A stretch of DNA of 64,000 bases from Camelus ferus (Eukaryota): the NCBI RefSeq assembly GCF_009834535.1, contig NC_045712.1, forward strand, positions 4,278,001 to 4,342,000, written 5' to 3'. Made by a program: the position numbers and the translations under genes. The notes beneath the pieces are model-generated. The model did no database searches. It had not been told where the DNA came from and saw only the letters and a list, made by a program, of their open reading frames with translations. Below are positions 38,582 to 52,100 of this stretch, piece after piece (position 1 is the stretch's first letter; each line of letters opens with the position of its first letter).

Positions 38582-40875
38582 TACTATAATATAGCCTAAC
38601 ATAACACAACATTAGACAGTGTGTTATAATAAAAACCATTGGAAGTTTTCTGATGAAGAATATCAATTTCATATAGACAAATCCAATATCTTAATTCTTA
38701 TCAAAAGGTATGAATTTTAATTTCTTTCTTCTCTTGTCTGTTGATAACAACAGGTTGTAGTTTCTCTAAACTGTCTTTAACTAGTTACGACTCATACTTC
38801 TGTAATCATCTAGCTTGAAATATTAAGTGATTTTAAACTTTGCTCAAAATAACTTGATCCATGTCCTTTTATTTACGAGTCTCCTTTAGAAGCTTCTGAA
38901 GACTGCACTCCCTTAAGAATTTAAAAGAATGAAAATAGCTCTATATGAGTTTGTAAGTCTACATATAACAATAATTTAGGATGATAACACTTTCAGTTTT
39001 AAATAGATAAGGAAAATGATCTGATTTAGAAAGCTAGCAATATATTCAGTTACTCTTTGCTGTCAACAGGAAATAGGCTGAAATGAATCTACTCAAATTT
39101 GGGTTATAACTACTGCACTTAAAAGTAATAAAAGTTGCCTGTACCCATTATTGTTACTATCTGAAGCCCTCGAGAATACTTGAGGTTTGTTGAATAAATA
39201 TCAGAAACAAATTCTGTAGTTAAGACATTTACTTCACAAGATGGAAAATCAATCAAAAATAGCTGTAGATTGCCTCATGTTTGAAATTAAAATGATTTGG
39301 TCCATACAGGCTGTTATGAATTCAGCTAAAATTTCAGTATCTCAAAATTATTACCTTTCAAACTTCCAAATTACTGTTTTCCTCTAGATACAGTACCTGC
39401 CCTAGTTACTAATGCATGCTTTTTCAGAGTTCCATTGCAAAAAGTTAATATACTTCTGGGGAAAAAAATCATCATAATAAAAATTATTAAAACTGATGAA
39501 GTGCTCTTCATCTTCAAAGTGATTTATAAACATTAATTAATTATTGTCCAAGAACAGATACCTATCCAATACAGCATTCAGTATCAAGAACAGCATGACA
39601 GACCTGCAGAGATTTCAGCCTAGCATACTTCCTAGTCTTTCACTGGCAGGAGGAGCAACAAACCATGTTAAAACATCAGGATTCCTTTCTCTCTAATTTA
39701 GCTTCAACTTGCTACCTTTATTTAAAGAGTCTCCAAGTTTGCTTCTCTCTTGAGTTTGCCTTGGACAAGATAAGTATTTTTAAAGATATACCCAGCTAGA
39801 CTATGAAGTATATGGTTTTGAAAATAGGAAAATAATTTAGCATTCTTGATATTTTCTCAAAAACTACTGTAGTTTAAAAATTTTACTTTATTTCTTTTAA
39901 GAATAAATTATTTAGTCACCAAAATCTGCAGTTTAGGTTAGCTTACTATTTTAGTCAGGCTTATAAGAGAAAAATACTTATTTTCCTGAGAAAACTAAGG
40001 GAACACAAATTGCCTGACAGTTGGCTGTATAAATCAGTCCAGACAGCAAAATACGTGTTTTAAACATCATTCTCTCTGCCCAGGCCTGTGCCAATCACTG
40101 TCAAGAACAGGAATATTGAAAATAATGAGGGAGACAGATAATAATTTGGTGGTAATGAGATAAAAGAAATAAAAGTAATTTTAATGGAAAAGATGAGCCA
40201 ATGATTTTCAGACTTTTGATTTTCTCAGAATAGTCTTAAATAATAATAATAATAATCATAATTGAATTGATTTATATAAAGTAATCTACTCTTGCCATTT
40301 AAGACATTTTAAAACCAAACACATAAAACAAACTCATATTTACACTCAACTTCATTTCATCATAGTGAACACTTCACCACAAAAAGCTAAAGAAAGTCGT
40401 AATGTCCCAAATATCTCATGAATTGTCCATTATTAAAATCTCACTTCACTGTCTGAATTTTTCCCATTTTTTAACTGAACACCCAAACTTTATCACAGCC
40501 TTACACTTGGGAACTACTAAAACACTCCAGCAATTCTCAGAACCTCTAAGTTTTCTTTGTTGTTTGGAAAACATATTCAATTTACCTATTGTTTTAGTAA
40601 TATAAAGTCAAATTTTAAAAGTTCCATGCAGTTATTTAGGCTAATGAAAATATAGAGAAAAACTGTAAAGCTTTGCAGAGTATTGTGTGGGTTTTGAAAT
40701 ATTAGGAAAGCTGTTTCTGTGCAGCTTGATGTAGAGTTACAGGGTTTTAAAGGAACCTGGAGATCTTGTAATCCTAACATTTTCAGATTAACAAGCTGAG
40801 GATAGCGTCTCAGTACCTTCATTTCAAAAGTTTGGGGTTTAGAATTGAATTATTTAAAATCATCAAAAAGAGAAC

Positions 40876-41377
40876 TGTGATGGTCAATTGTATGTGTTGA
40901 CTTGACTGAGCAAGAGCATGCCAAAATATTCCTGGTGTGTCAGTGAGGGTGTCTGTACATTTGAATCAGTAGACTGAGGGAAGCAGGTTACCTTTTCCAT
41001 TGTGGATGGGTCTCCTCCAGTTCATTACAAACTTGAATAAAATAAAAGGCTCAGTAGGAAATAATTCTTTCTCTTTGTCTGAAAATCTTCCAAGTGGGAC
41101 ATTGGTATTTCTCCTGCCTTCACATTCAGACCCAGAATGAAAAGTACACCATTGTATCTCTTGGTTTCCAGACTTAAACTGGAACTATACCATTGGCTGT
41201 CCTGGGTTTGGAATTCTTAATCTCCATAATTATATGCCAATCCTTATAATATATCAATCTCTTTTTTTCCTCTGTCTCTGTCTCTCTCTCACTCTCCCTT
41301 TCACCTTCTCTCTCTACCCCCCCCAACATACCTCACATACTTTTGGTTCTGTGTCCCAGGAGAACTTGACTAATTCA
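40876..41377 (+). mobile_element. MLT2 (ERVL) solo LTR with intact 5-bp TSD AGAAC
   Basis: TG…CA termini (tgtgatggtcaattgtatgtgttgacttgactgagc … ggagaacttgactaattca). AGAAC occurs at 40871-40875 and 41378-41382. Confidence 0.9.
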
Positions 41378-43381
41378 AGAACTGAATTCAACAGAGATAT
41401 TATCACCAAATTCTTGAATTCTAGGATAAAAAAATTAATTAAATACATTGTTGAATTAAATGCATAGTTTTATAGAAAATGAAATAACTATGGACTATAG
41501 GAAATGTATAAAACCTAACATCCCAAGATGGAGTACAAAATGATAACATGTGGAAGCTTAAAAATAGTAGATTTACTTAAGGGAAGTCATGATTATGTTA
41601 CTGCATTTGGAGTCCAAATAGATTCCAGGTCATCTCTCACTGCATTTGCTATTATAGATAGGTATAACCTCTTGTAAGTCACCTTCTGGTATACAGTTAG
41701 AAAAGGGGCACTGGCATGGAAGGATTATAAGGTGAATTGCAAGAGAAGAGAGAAAATGGAGCTGAATTTGAAGTCAACATTATCTGAGAAGCCCATAATT
41801 TAATAGTGTCATATTTTCTGTGTCATGTCCTAACCCTTATTCTCTTTTTCTTATGTGGCCATTTCCTGGTGAAATCACATATTTTCTCCACCTTGTAGGA
41901 ATTAGGGAAATTAGTTATCATGTTCATAACAGTTAATAACAGCAATACACTCAGTACACTCAGTCAGTAAAGGGATCTACTGGAAACCTTTCCTGAATGT
42001 CAGAGAAGTATGTATATCACACAGAGTATTTTCCTGAAATGGATTGATGGAACCACCATTGGTTCTGTTCTTTAGTGCCATGTAGTGTTGAATAGGTGGA
42101 CCACTCATTTTCCTTGAAGCTGTTTTGGATTTTGACATTAACACAAGTTGAATCTGTTTTCATAGTCTGTTGGACACTTAAGTATAGTAACTTTTTTCAT
42201 TAGGGGCTTGGTTCATAGCAGTAGATGACAGCAGCTCTGTTTGTTGATGACTTCAGATTTTCCATGCACCATACTCAATGCTTGTGTATATTGTGTCTTT
42301 TAATCCTAATGATAGTGATTTGGGGGGTGACAAAAGATGTGCCCAAGGCCTCACTAATTGTAAAGACTCAAATCAACTAGGAATCAAAGTACACACTCTT
42401 TAATATTAATGCTAAATTATATTCTGAAAATTTTAGTATGGATGGGTGAACATGTAAATAATTTGTTAGATATTGATTGATACAGACATTTAATACTCCA
42501 ATGATTATGAATTAAAGTATACCTGCAAATATGTAAGAGTTATTGATAAGGACTGACTTAGCGTTTGGATTCATACACAAATGACTATGTATTTAGTTCA
42601 CTTAGTCAGGAAAAGCACAAATCTCATAGTATATTTAACTCGCAATCTCCATTTTGGAGATGAAGACACAAATCTTGTCTCTTACCAAATTGAGAAAACC
42701 AGTAAGACCATTTGCCATCAGTGGTATATCGGATCAATACACATATGTCTTGTTTAGGCAGCTGTTAATAGGAGCATGCCAAGTGGTATTTTCTTTTACT
42801 TGTTTATTTTGCTCCATAAAAGCACAGTCAAGTCTTAAGGTGCCAGCATAATAAGGCTCATTGATTTGTACTGCATATTTGACACACTGTTCAGGCAAGG
42901 AGCAAGTTCTGAACTATGCAAAGTCATTGTCCGTATGCTGTTGACTATGTCAAGTATTTTAAACAGCTGTGAAATACTTAAAGAATGAAAATGACAAAAT
43001 CCAGTTTTGAGAGTTGTGTGACTTGAGGGTTCTAAGGAGAGTTCAAATATTTTCAACATAATTAAGAGGTTGCACCATGTTACAAAGGCAAAACTAGTGT
43101 GACCATTTCTCACTCCCATCTCTCCAGGACATGAAACCTGATTGGCTGGGAGCTAGAGCAGGCTGACATCAGGACAAGCCCCTCAAGGCTGTTTGTGAAG
43201 GAAATGGATGATTACATAAAATGACATGGACCCACTCATTAACCTTTTCTTCCATTCTGCTTGCTCCACTAGTGCAATTCTAAGAAGTGAGACCACTGAC
43301 TTTAATAGATTCATCCTTGAGAAGAATCAACCTATAAAAATCTTTCTGTATTTTGGACAGTGTAGAATTATTTTTATAGCT

Positions 43382-43519
43382 NNNNNNNNNNNNNNNNNNN
43401 NNNNNNNNNNNNNNNNNNNNNNNNNNNNNNNNNNNNNNNNNNNNNNNNNNNNNNNNNNNNNNNNNNNNNNNNNNNNNNNNNNNNNNNNNNNNNNNNNNNN
43501 NNNNNNNNNNNNNNNNNNN
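43382..43519. other. Assembly gap (138 N)
   Basis: Run of n. Confidence 1.
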
Positions 43520-44186
43520 ACTTGGTTAAGCAGTTCTGTTCCCAGATTTATTTATTGCATTAAAAATAAGGCCACACACATTGGTTACAATTTGTAATAA
43601 TTACCTGGGACTTTTCATGGAACTTCTTCCTTAGGAGAATTCAGAATTGATAATGAAATTAAACTTTGCTATGAGAAATTGCCTACTGTGTACAAGAGTT
43701 GTTAGATTACTTTGGGGGTTGCTTATTTCCCTTTTATTTTTCTTTGCCAGAAAACACTTTTTCTGCCATTTTTATTACTGAACCTACTAGAAAAGTGAGT
43801 TGAGAAGAACATCAAGTATATGGATATATTACTGGGCACATACTATTTCTTGTCCCAACTTGATTCAGAGATAAAAGCATCTTATGCTTTGCAATAGCTC
43901 ATGTTTTTAAAGAACCCCGAGTATACAAATAATTATATTTTATTTCCAAATAGTGTGACAGTTTTTAATACTGAAGAACATTGTCTGGAGCATATTAAAA
44001 GTGTGCATCTTAGCTATGGTAACTGCGATTTCTTTCATATTGACCATTGTTATCAAGAGAGTTATTTATATTCCCATATAAGTCACTTAAAAGCCACAGC
44101 AGTGACAAATCCGTGGATTAATTTGGCACCTTCTGATTGTACGTAATCATGTGTGAACTTTAAAATTCGAAAGAGTTTAAAATTGT

Positions 44187-44192
44187 TTTATT
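44187..44192 (-). terminator. Likely main polyadenylation signal AATAAA of CNTN6 (3'UTR about 180 nt, cleavage near 44165-44170)
   Basis: tttatt on +. Minus-strand context GTTACAGTAATAAAACAATTTTAA resembles the human CNTN6 mRNA end as I recall it. T-rich sequence follows. Confidence 0.7.
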
Positions 44193-44289
44193 ACTGTAAC
44201 ATGGATATTTACAATAACTTAATATACATTTTTTTTTCTTTCCAAACAAATCTGTAATAAGAATGTATCTTATAACAGGGGCTGGATAG

Positions 44290-44295
44290 TTTATT
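44290..44295 (-). terminator. Proximal AATAAA in CNTN6 3'UTR
   Basis: tttatt on +, about 50 nt downstream of the stop codon. Usage unknown. Confidence 0.3.
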
Positions 44296-44346
44296 TACAG
44301 AATGATTTGCTTTCAAAAAGCTCTCAGAGATTTATGGTTTTATTTC

Positions 44347-44447
44347 TCATTTAAGTGCCTGAATAGCAGAGCAGTACAAAATAATTGTAACAACTGACAG
44401 GAAATGGACTCTAGCTTCTAATACTGGTGCTCCTCTGGAACTCAAAC
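44347..44447 (-). CDS. CNTN6: CNTN6 terminal coding exon (exon 23 equivalent): (S)[32 protein letters not shown]; GPI-anchor signal
   Basis: Acceptor tatacttttcag|GT and stop TGA at 44349..44347. Small-residue cluster (SSLSSRG) followed by a hydrophobic C-terminus. Confidence 0.93.
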
Positions 44448-47400
44448 CTGAAAAGTATAAAAATGAAACAATATCATGAAAAAAGTAAAATTACATGTTA
44501 GATTAATTATTCATGTACCAAAACACATACTATTATTTCTATTCTAATAACACATTTTAATACGCTTGTTTCACTTACATTGTATTTAATTTTAGGAAGT
44601 GTTTTTAACCCTGTATCTTAGGATGTTGATTTTAAATGTAGAAAAGAAAAAGAAAAATACCAAAATTGGCCAGGTCTGACTTAAGGGCAGAATAGGATTG
44701 GCCAACATGTGGCAGCCTGTGACTTAAAACGCTTGTCACAGCTTCAGGTACATAAAGGAGTGATTGTTCTAAAATGGAAATAATAAATTATCATTACATG
44801 CTAAATATGGCTGATTGGTGCTACCTGCCTAGAATATCACAATGAGAGGATTTGAAAGTGCTGACTCAGCTCAGTACAAATGCAGTACTAATTGGTTAGT
44901 GATGTCTGCCACGAAAACAGGAAGAGAGGTATATGTACGTGTGCTTCATATTTGCTGTCCCTGCTCTCAGAAGCCTGCAAGTACCCATGGAAAAACTTTC
45001 TGATTTTTGTTCCAATAGAATGAAGCATTTACCAATGACACACAGTTGTGGGTTTTTTTTGTTTTTTTGAGATTCAAATGAAGAAACATAAAACTGTAAA
45101 ATGTAAGCAGGTTACAAACTTGAGGGATTAGTTAAAGAAAAATGACTTATCACCTCTTGCTCACGATTGAAAATGGAAACACAGACCTTTTATTTTTTTC
45201 ACCCAACATTTAAACAAGAATTGGAAAGATTCATAGAGCCCAGATTTCATGCTGGCAGCTGCCTGGATTCAAAATCTACAACAGCAATGGTGATTCAACT
45301 TACTTGACATTTTTGGAATCCTAATTTCCTCACTGCTGCTTCCATCCCCACCATCACTAACTGTTCTTATTTCAATCAAGTAGTCCTCTTCAAATGGAAC
45401 TAGAAGCTCAGCAGATGTGTTGTTTGTTTCCAATATATGAGTTTTACTCTGTCTGTTTTGCCGGTATAGAATCTGAATAAAATAATGAACCAAGTTAAAT
45501 GGACATCTTGCTTATCTAAGGTTCAGAAACTCTTATGGAACATTATAACACTGTGAGCAACATAAATGCTATAGTCCTTGGACAGAAACATCTGATCTAT
45601 GCCTTTTCTTTAAATTTAGTTGTTAAGAAAAAAATATTTCCTTTTTGGCCAATGCTTCTGAAATGAGAATAGATTTATCTCTTGATTAAATGGCTTGAGG
45701 CCATTATCTTTGGAGCTTGCTATGAAAAGTACTGGTTAGTTTGGACCCATTCAAATGTCTGAATACTATATGCATTTGCCATGAGATAATGTTCATTACC
45801 ACTGATGAAAATGATTTGCTCTGGGTATTTGACTATACTCTTGTTGGATTCCTTTTATGTTGTTTAAAGACGGTATCCAACTGTAGCCTAAGTTCTAGGA
45901 ATTCTCTTTGAATATACTTTCTGACTTCATTCTCATCTCATATTTACTTCCCACATTTACCATCATCTTTTCATGTTGAGGGGAGTCACTTGAAGAAAAA
46001 AATGTTGCATACTATAAAGTTTTATTTCTTAATGTTCAATGACACATTACTGACCTCAGAATATAAAACTTTCAGTGAAGAGTTTAAAAGCAGAAATGCT
46101 AAATATTTTCAAAACGTTAGAAAAATATTACTATATTTCCATGTACATAAACTATGTTCCTATCCGGTTCTGACATTTCTGGTTCCTTAGTAAGTTAATT
46201 GATATGATTAAAGAAAAAACAAAATACTCACCTTGTAGCCTAACACTTCAGACTCATTTTCCATGGTTTTTACATGCTCCCAGTTTAAGCATAATTTTGA
46301 ATTGGTCAGTTTCCAGGCAATGTTAGCTGGTGGTTGGCTTGGAGCTTTAAAAAGAAAATCAAAGGTCCAAATGAATACGAATTAGCTCAAGGTTACTGTA
46401 TGACCCATCAACATGACAAGAGAAAACAAGTTCTTAATAATTAGCATAGGAGAAGCTAAAATATTTTCAGTGTCATATGAAATATCATATTAATTCTAAT
46501 CAGAGTAAGCAAATTCATTCAAATTCTGGTCATTTGGAAGTATCTTTGTAACAAACTTATGAATTAATAATGGCATGCTGCATGTCCAGTATTAACTTAT
46601 TAATCACTGCTGTTGAGTTTATTTCCTTTACCATATATACATAGATGGAGGGATCCTTTATCTAGCATTTCATTTTCCCATTAATCAGTGAGCATCTCAG
46701 AAAAACTCAGTCTGCAAACTTTTTCCGTTTTTCAGCACAAAGCTGTTCATTCCTGGTAGCACTTTACTTTTTAATCTTGTGTTAGTTAGTACTCTGACTG
46801 TAAATAACACAACCACTTGAGTTTGTTTAAAACTCAAGACATTTTAAATGAAATATTAGTAACAGATTGTGAAGGACATAGGGTTATCTGTTAGAATTCA
46901 TTGCAGAATGCAGCAGAGGCTCAGAAGGGACAAAAAAATGTTCAAAACCCAGGAAATTCGTCTCTCTATCCCTCACTGTAATGTTTGCTGCATGTCCATC
47001 TTGCCATAGACTACCTCTTTATTATTCTCAGTATATGTGGCAGAAGTCATGACCACCCACCACAGCTGAAGTTTCAAACCTCATTTGTTCAGAGATAGTC
47101 CAAGCTGGAATTTCCAGGTAAGAACTGATGATTGGCTTAATTTATCTTAGCCCAATCAGCTGGGGCTAGGCAGTGAGAAAGATGCATGTCACTTAATATA
47201 AATAGAGTTTGTAGAACCCTGAAAAGGGAAAACCATTACAAACTAGTTGATCATCCTAAAATGTATCTGCTCTAAATCCAAACTGTGACTCTTAGTTCCC
47301 TGAAATTAATGTTGTCTGGAAGAAAGGTGATGGGAAGTAAGGGAAAACATATTTAGAATCAGCCTTCCAAAGAAATGGATCTAGTCCAACTGGAAAATTT

Positions 47401-49081
47401 TACATGCAAGGAAACTGTAGTCATGGTTTGATGTCTACTTATTCAAAAGCATACAGCTAATGAATGACTAAGTCAAGTCAGAATCCTGGTCTCTTGATTT
47501 ATAATACGGTTTTTCTCATGACAACATGCTGTTTCTCAAAGATTTGAATCCACATGATTATTTTTAAGATTTAAGAAACTGGAGAGATTAAAAATAATTT
47601 ATCTGGATGGCAGAGGCAAGGATAAAACTACCCATCAAGATGTTTTTGGCACCTGATTTGAATTTGTGAGACTGAAAGACCGTAATATTTAACTCATTAC
47701 AACACTGATGGAAATGGAAATGATTTGTTTTGGAGTTTTGACTCAGCTGCTATTTAATGTCTTAAGTGTCACTGAAAGAGTCACAGGGTGTCCAACATTT
47801 GATTTTCCAACATCTCTTGCCTCCCCAAAGCCACTGAGATATCACTATTGTTTACCCAGTCACTTACACCTCTGTTGGGACGTAGTAGAGAGATAAACGT
47901 TTCCTTCTCTGCTCCGATGGGGCTCAGTTCATATTTAATTATGGATTAATCACACTGAATTATATTGTTTTCCTTAAATTGTGTTTCCTTAAATTTATTG
48001 AGTGCATATGCCCTGTTCAGTATGTATCACCAACTACTAGCACAGTACTTGTCACATAGTAGGAGCCATGCATTTTATATATGCTGAATAAATGACTTTC
48101 AGTAAGATGGCTAACAAGAAACTGCTCAGGGTCCTGTGTGGTTTTCTCAGGTCATACTCCTTATGTACTGGACTGTGGGCAGCTCCATAGGTGACACAGT
48201 GTGGCCATTCCATTCATTACCCCATCCTATAATCAAGGCCATTTGACATGGCTTAGCCTACAGCAATCCATATAAATTTATAAGACAAACAGTTCAATTG
48301 GCTTGACCATGCCCTAGTACATTTCTTGCCAGTATAAACCAAATCATCATTAAAAGCCTCAGAGTTTTGCACATAGTAAAAACACAGTGAATGCTTGTCA
48401 ACACTTTATTTCTGAAGAACTCATGGCAACGATTACAGTTTTGTGACTATTTTCCCTCAGCTTATCCCAAAGTGCCTTTTCTAATATTTTTCTCTGCTGT
48501 AAAAGGGATAATATAAAAATTCTCACAAGAAACCACAGTTTTAGTATCTAGTATACTCTTGTGACACATTTCTTTAATCTCTGTTCTTTAAAACAAAGTG
48601 CTTACCATTAACAACATCTACAATCAATACAGCAAATATATAAATTCACTCCTTTGATGTCACTGGTAGTGACAGATTCTGAAGGCTTCATCTGTTGCAG
48701 TGCCTGTTCTGTTTGCATGTTTAGATAAAAAGTACTCATTTTAACAATATGAATCCATTGATGAAGCTACTAGCTGGGAGGCAGAGAACTGTCTTCTACT
48801 GACTACATGATAGTGACTATGCCGATGATATTGAAACATTTACATTTGTTTCATCATTTATCAAAGCAGAAGTAAGGCATCTCATGGACATACAGTGAGA
48901 AAAGTTCTATCAGGAATGAACTCTTGGTATGAATGGCCAATCATATGGATTATTTGGAATGCTTTGTCTCTTGCTCTCTAGAAGGTAGAAAAAGTTGGGC
49001 TTTGATGTCAGAGAGACCTGAATTTATATCCAGGCTCTTTCAGGAGTCCTGGTTTTCTAATCTTTAGAATGAAAGATTTTA

Positions 49082-49122
<41 letters not shown>

Positions 49123-52100
49123 ATATCTATATCCTTGTATACAAGATTTTTAGCTTCCACGGAATAAAATATGAAATGTTCCTTGCTTGCTTAGTGGTAG
49201 ATACTAAATAGCTCAGTAGCTGTGAGTTCTCTTCTCTGAGTGGAACTGTTCTCCACTGTGGTGTTATGACATAATTAATTTTTTAATTATGTTCAGTGCG
49301 GTTTGTTACTAATAATACATTCCAAAGTTTGCAAATGATTCACTTCTTAAATAAAATATATTCAAGATTTTCCTTTAATAATTTTGCTCTTATTTGGGTT
49401 CTTTATGTGCTTTTTTAAAGGCAGACAAAGCGTTAGAGTCTCAGATAATTGTTACAAAGTTCTCATAGTCTATAGTTCGTCTTATCTTTGTCCATGAGTG
49501 TGACTCTAATGCCAGTGCCTTTTGTTGAAGTATTTTTTTTAAGTTTCTAAAAGGTGCTTCAGAAGGCCATGATCTTATTATGAACTCTGTTAACAGTTCT
49601 GTTTCCATGAATTTAATGTACTTGATTAAACTGGATTTCAAATATCTATGATGAAATTAAAATTTCTATTACCTTGAAAAACCAAAACACTGTTACATGG
49701 ACAGTATAAATCACATGTCACGGATGTTTTTGTACCAAGTTGGTCAATGCTCAACTCGGCAAACAAGCACTTTTCAAATTTTTTGAAAAATTTTTGCAGG
49801 CAATTTCTGAAGACTAAATCATTTTCTATTAATCAAATGACAGAGCAACATTAAACTAGCCCTCCACAGCTCTANNNNNNNNNNNNNNNNNNNNNNNNNN
49901 NNNNNNNNNNNNNNNNNNNNNNNNNNNNNNNNNNNNNNNNNNNNNNNNNNNNNNNNNNNNNNNNNNNNNNNNNNNNNNNNNNNNNNNNNNNNNNNNNNNN
50001 NNNNNNNNNNNNNNAACGTAAGTGCAAGATGAAATAAAAGCTTAATGCTTCCTTTATGTCTAAATATGGATTGATTGCATTATTTACAGCAAGAAAAATC
50101 CAGTAGAGTGCTAGTCAGTCAATGTCAGGGGCCAAATTGAACCAAAATTTGCAAACACTTTCTGTTGCTGGGTCTGAATACATCTGTCTACATAAGCAAT
50201 GCTTTTCCCCTCCTTTCTTCTTGGAATTGATGTAAATATTTTTCTCCCGTTAGTTGTAAACCTAAATTCATTTAAATGATGTCTGTGTGGATCACAATAT
50301 ATTTATATTTGCAGTGCTCCTCAGTTGTCTTTTGGAAAGACATCACTTTCACTAAGCTATGTATTTAATGTTAAACCACCGATACTTTTAAAAACCCTGT
50401 AAGGCTGTCATGATCGCCAGCAACAATAATAACAAAGACTATAGAAGCTTTGCATATGCTCTTCTTTTGTTTGGAGGTCTCTTTTTCAACTAGTTCCTTC
50501 TTATCTTTATGTCATATCAAAATATATAGTCTCCCTATAAAGGTACTCCTAATGTATATCTCAGCCTCTTATTTTATTTGTATTACTTTTCATAATCTAT
50601 GATTGTTTTATTTCTTTTTTTTTCTCTTGTTTTTAACTTGCCTCCCACTAGAAGAGAAATTACCTGAAGGCAAGGATCTTGCCCATTTTCATCTCCCTTA
50701 GGAACCTAACCCTGAGCATGGCTCATGGGAGGCACTATTTTCTTGAGTAATTGTCTGAATCATTGTATTTCCACAAAAAAGTTCTTCCTTCTGTTTAGCT
50801 CATCCAATCAGAATAGGCAGACATTTCGGTAATTGTGAGCTCTGCTTTCTCAGAATTTGCAACTGGTCAAATATCAGGTAGAAAATCTAGACGGTGATGG
50901 TATGAATGTGTGATGGATGGAGAATTTTTTGCTGTAACCACTATTTAGAGGTAATCTTGATGTCATCTCAAGGACATGGAAAATCAAAGTTAGATCCAAG
51001 GTTAGCGCTTAGAATCAGAGCTATCATCAGTGTTTCATTAAAGTCATTTCTCATCTTTGCTTTGGATGTCCTTCCATGACCCTTGAAGAAAATTTCTGCA
51101 GCAGAAATTTATGAAGAGAAAGAAAGTAGAAAGTTGCTGTGCTTTCCTGCTTTAAGAAATGCAAAGAAAGTGAGAGCACCTCTAAAGAGGAAATATTATA
51201 ATACTTGTTACCACCCACCGGACTGTCACTGTATGGCTGCCTCTGGATCACCTTAGTGTACATTATATCCTTTAGTTTTAAAGTCAAACTCTAGAGGAAA
51301 GTATAGCATCTCTGCTTTTCAGATAAAAAAATGAGTTCTGAATTATCAAGTAATAAGGCTCATTATGTAACTGAATCACTCAGAAAATGCAAATATATTA
51401 AAGGGGAAATTTGGTGCAATTTATAGACCGGTAGAAAAGACATTTGTCTGTTTATAGGCATGGTGAGACCTCTATAAACTGGGAGAATATGTGAAATCAG
51501 ATAAGTAAATGATAAACTTTAGAAAATTCAGTAAATCTGATGCTGCAAGGACTATATGAAAAATGGAATGGAAAGGAATTGTATACCTTTCTCTAGTCTT
51601 TGTTCTCTGGAATAGAGGACACAATTAAATATTGGAATTAGAAGAGGGTATGATTCCATTTTAGGAAGAAAATTCTCAAGGCAGTTTGGACTGAAATTTG
51701 GGAATCTGGAGAGAGACTATTTAGATGGTTAGATGAAGGTTATGAACTAGCAAGATGTTCGTGGGATCAGAAGATTCAGAATCCATCTTCATAGTATGTC
51801 AGTCTAACAGATGCCACAGAAGAACTTTTCTAAGCATCTATTTTCTCATAACTAGGAAATAAAATACCAAACTTCTTGATATGTTGTAATAATTCAGTGA
51901 GATGGTATATGTAGAACATTAATCCTGGGCTTTGGGACATAAAAGTACTCAATATTTTGTAACTGTGGTTGGTAGAATAAGGGCCTCCCAGGCATGTTGA
52001 GATCCTAATTCCCAGAACCTATAGATATTTTACTTTATATGGAAAAGAGGACTTTGCAGATGTGATGAAGTTAAGGATCTTGATGTGGGTAAATAATCCT

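Noticed and set aside
1273-42851. Remaining 60-115 aa ORFs in the downstream region
   Set aside because: Their composition is typical of chance ORFs in AT-rich or repeat DNA (L/F/I/K-rich). None resembles a known protein or chains into spliced exons.
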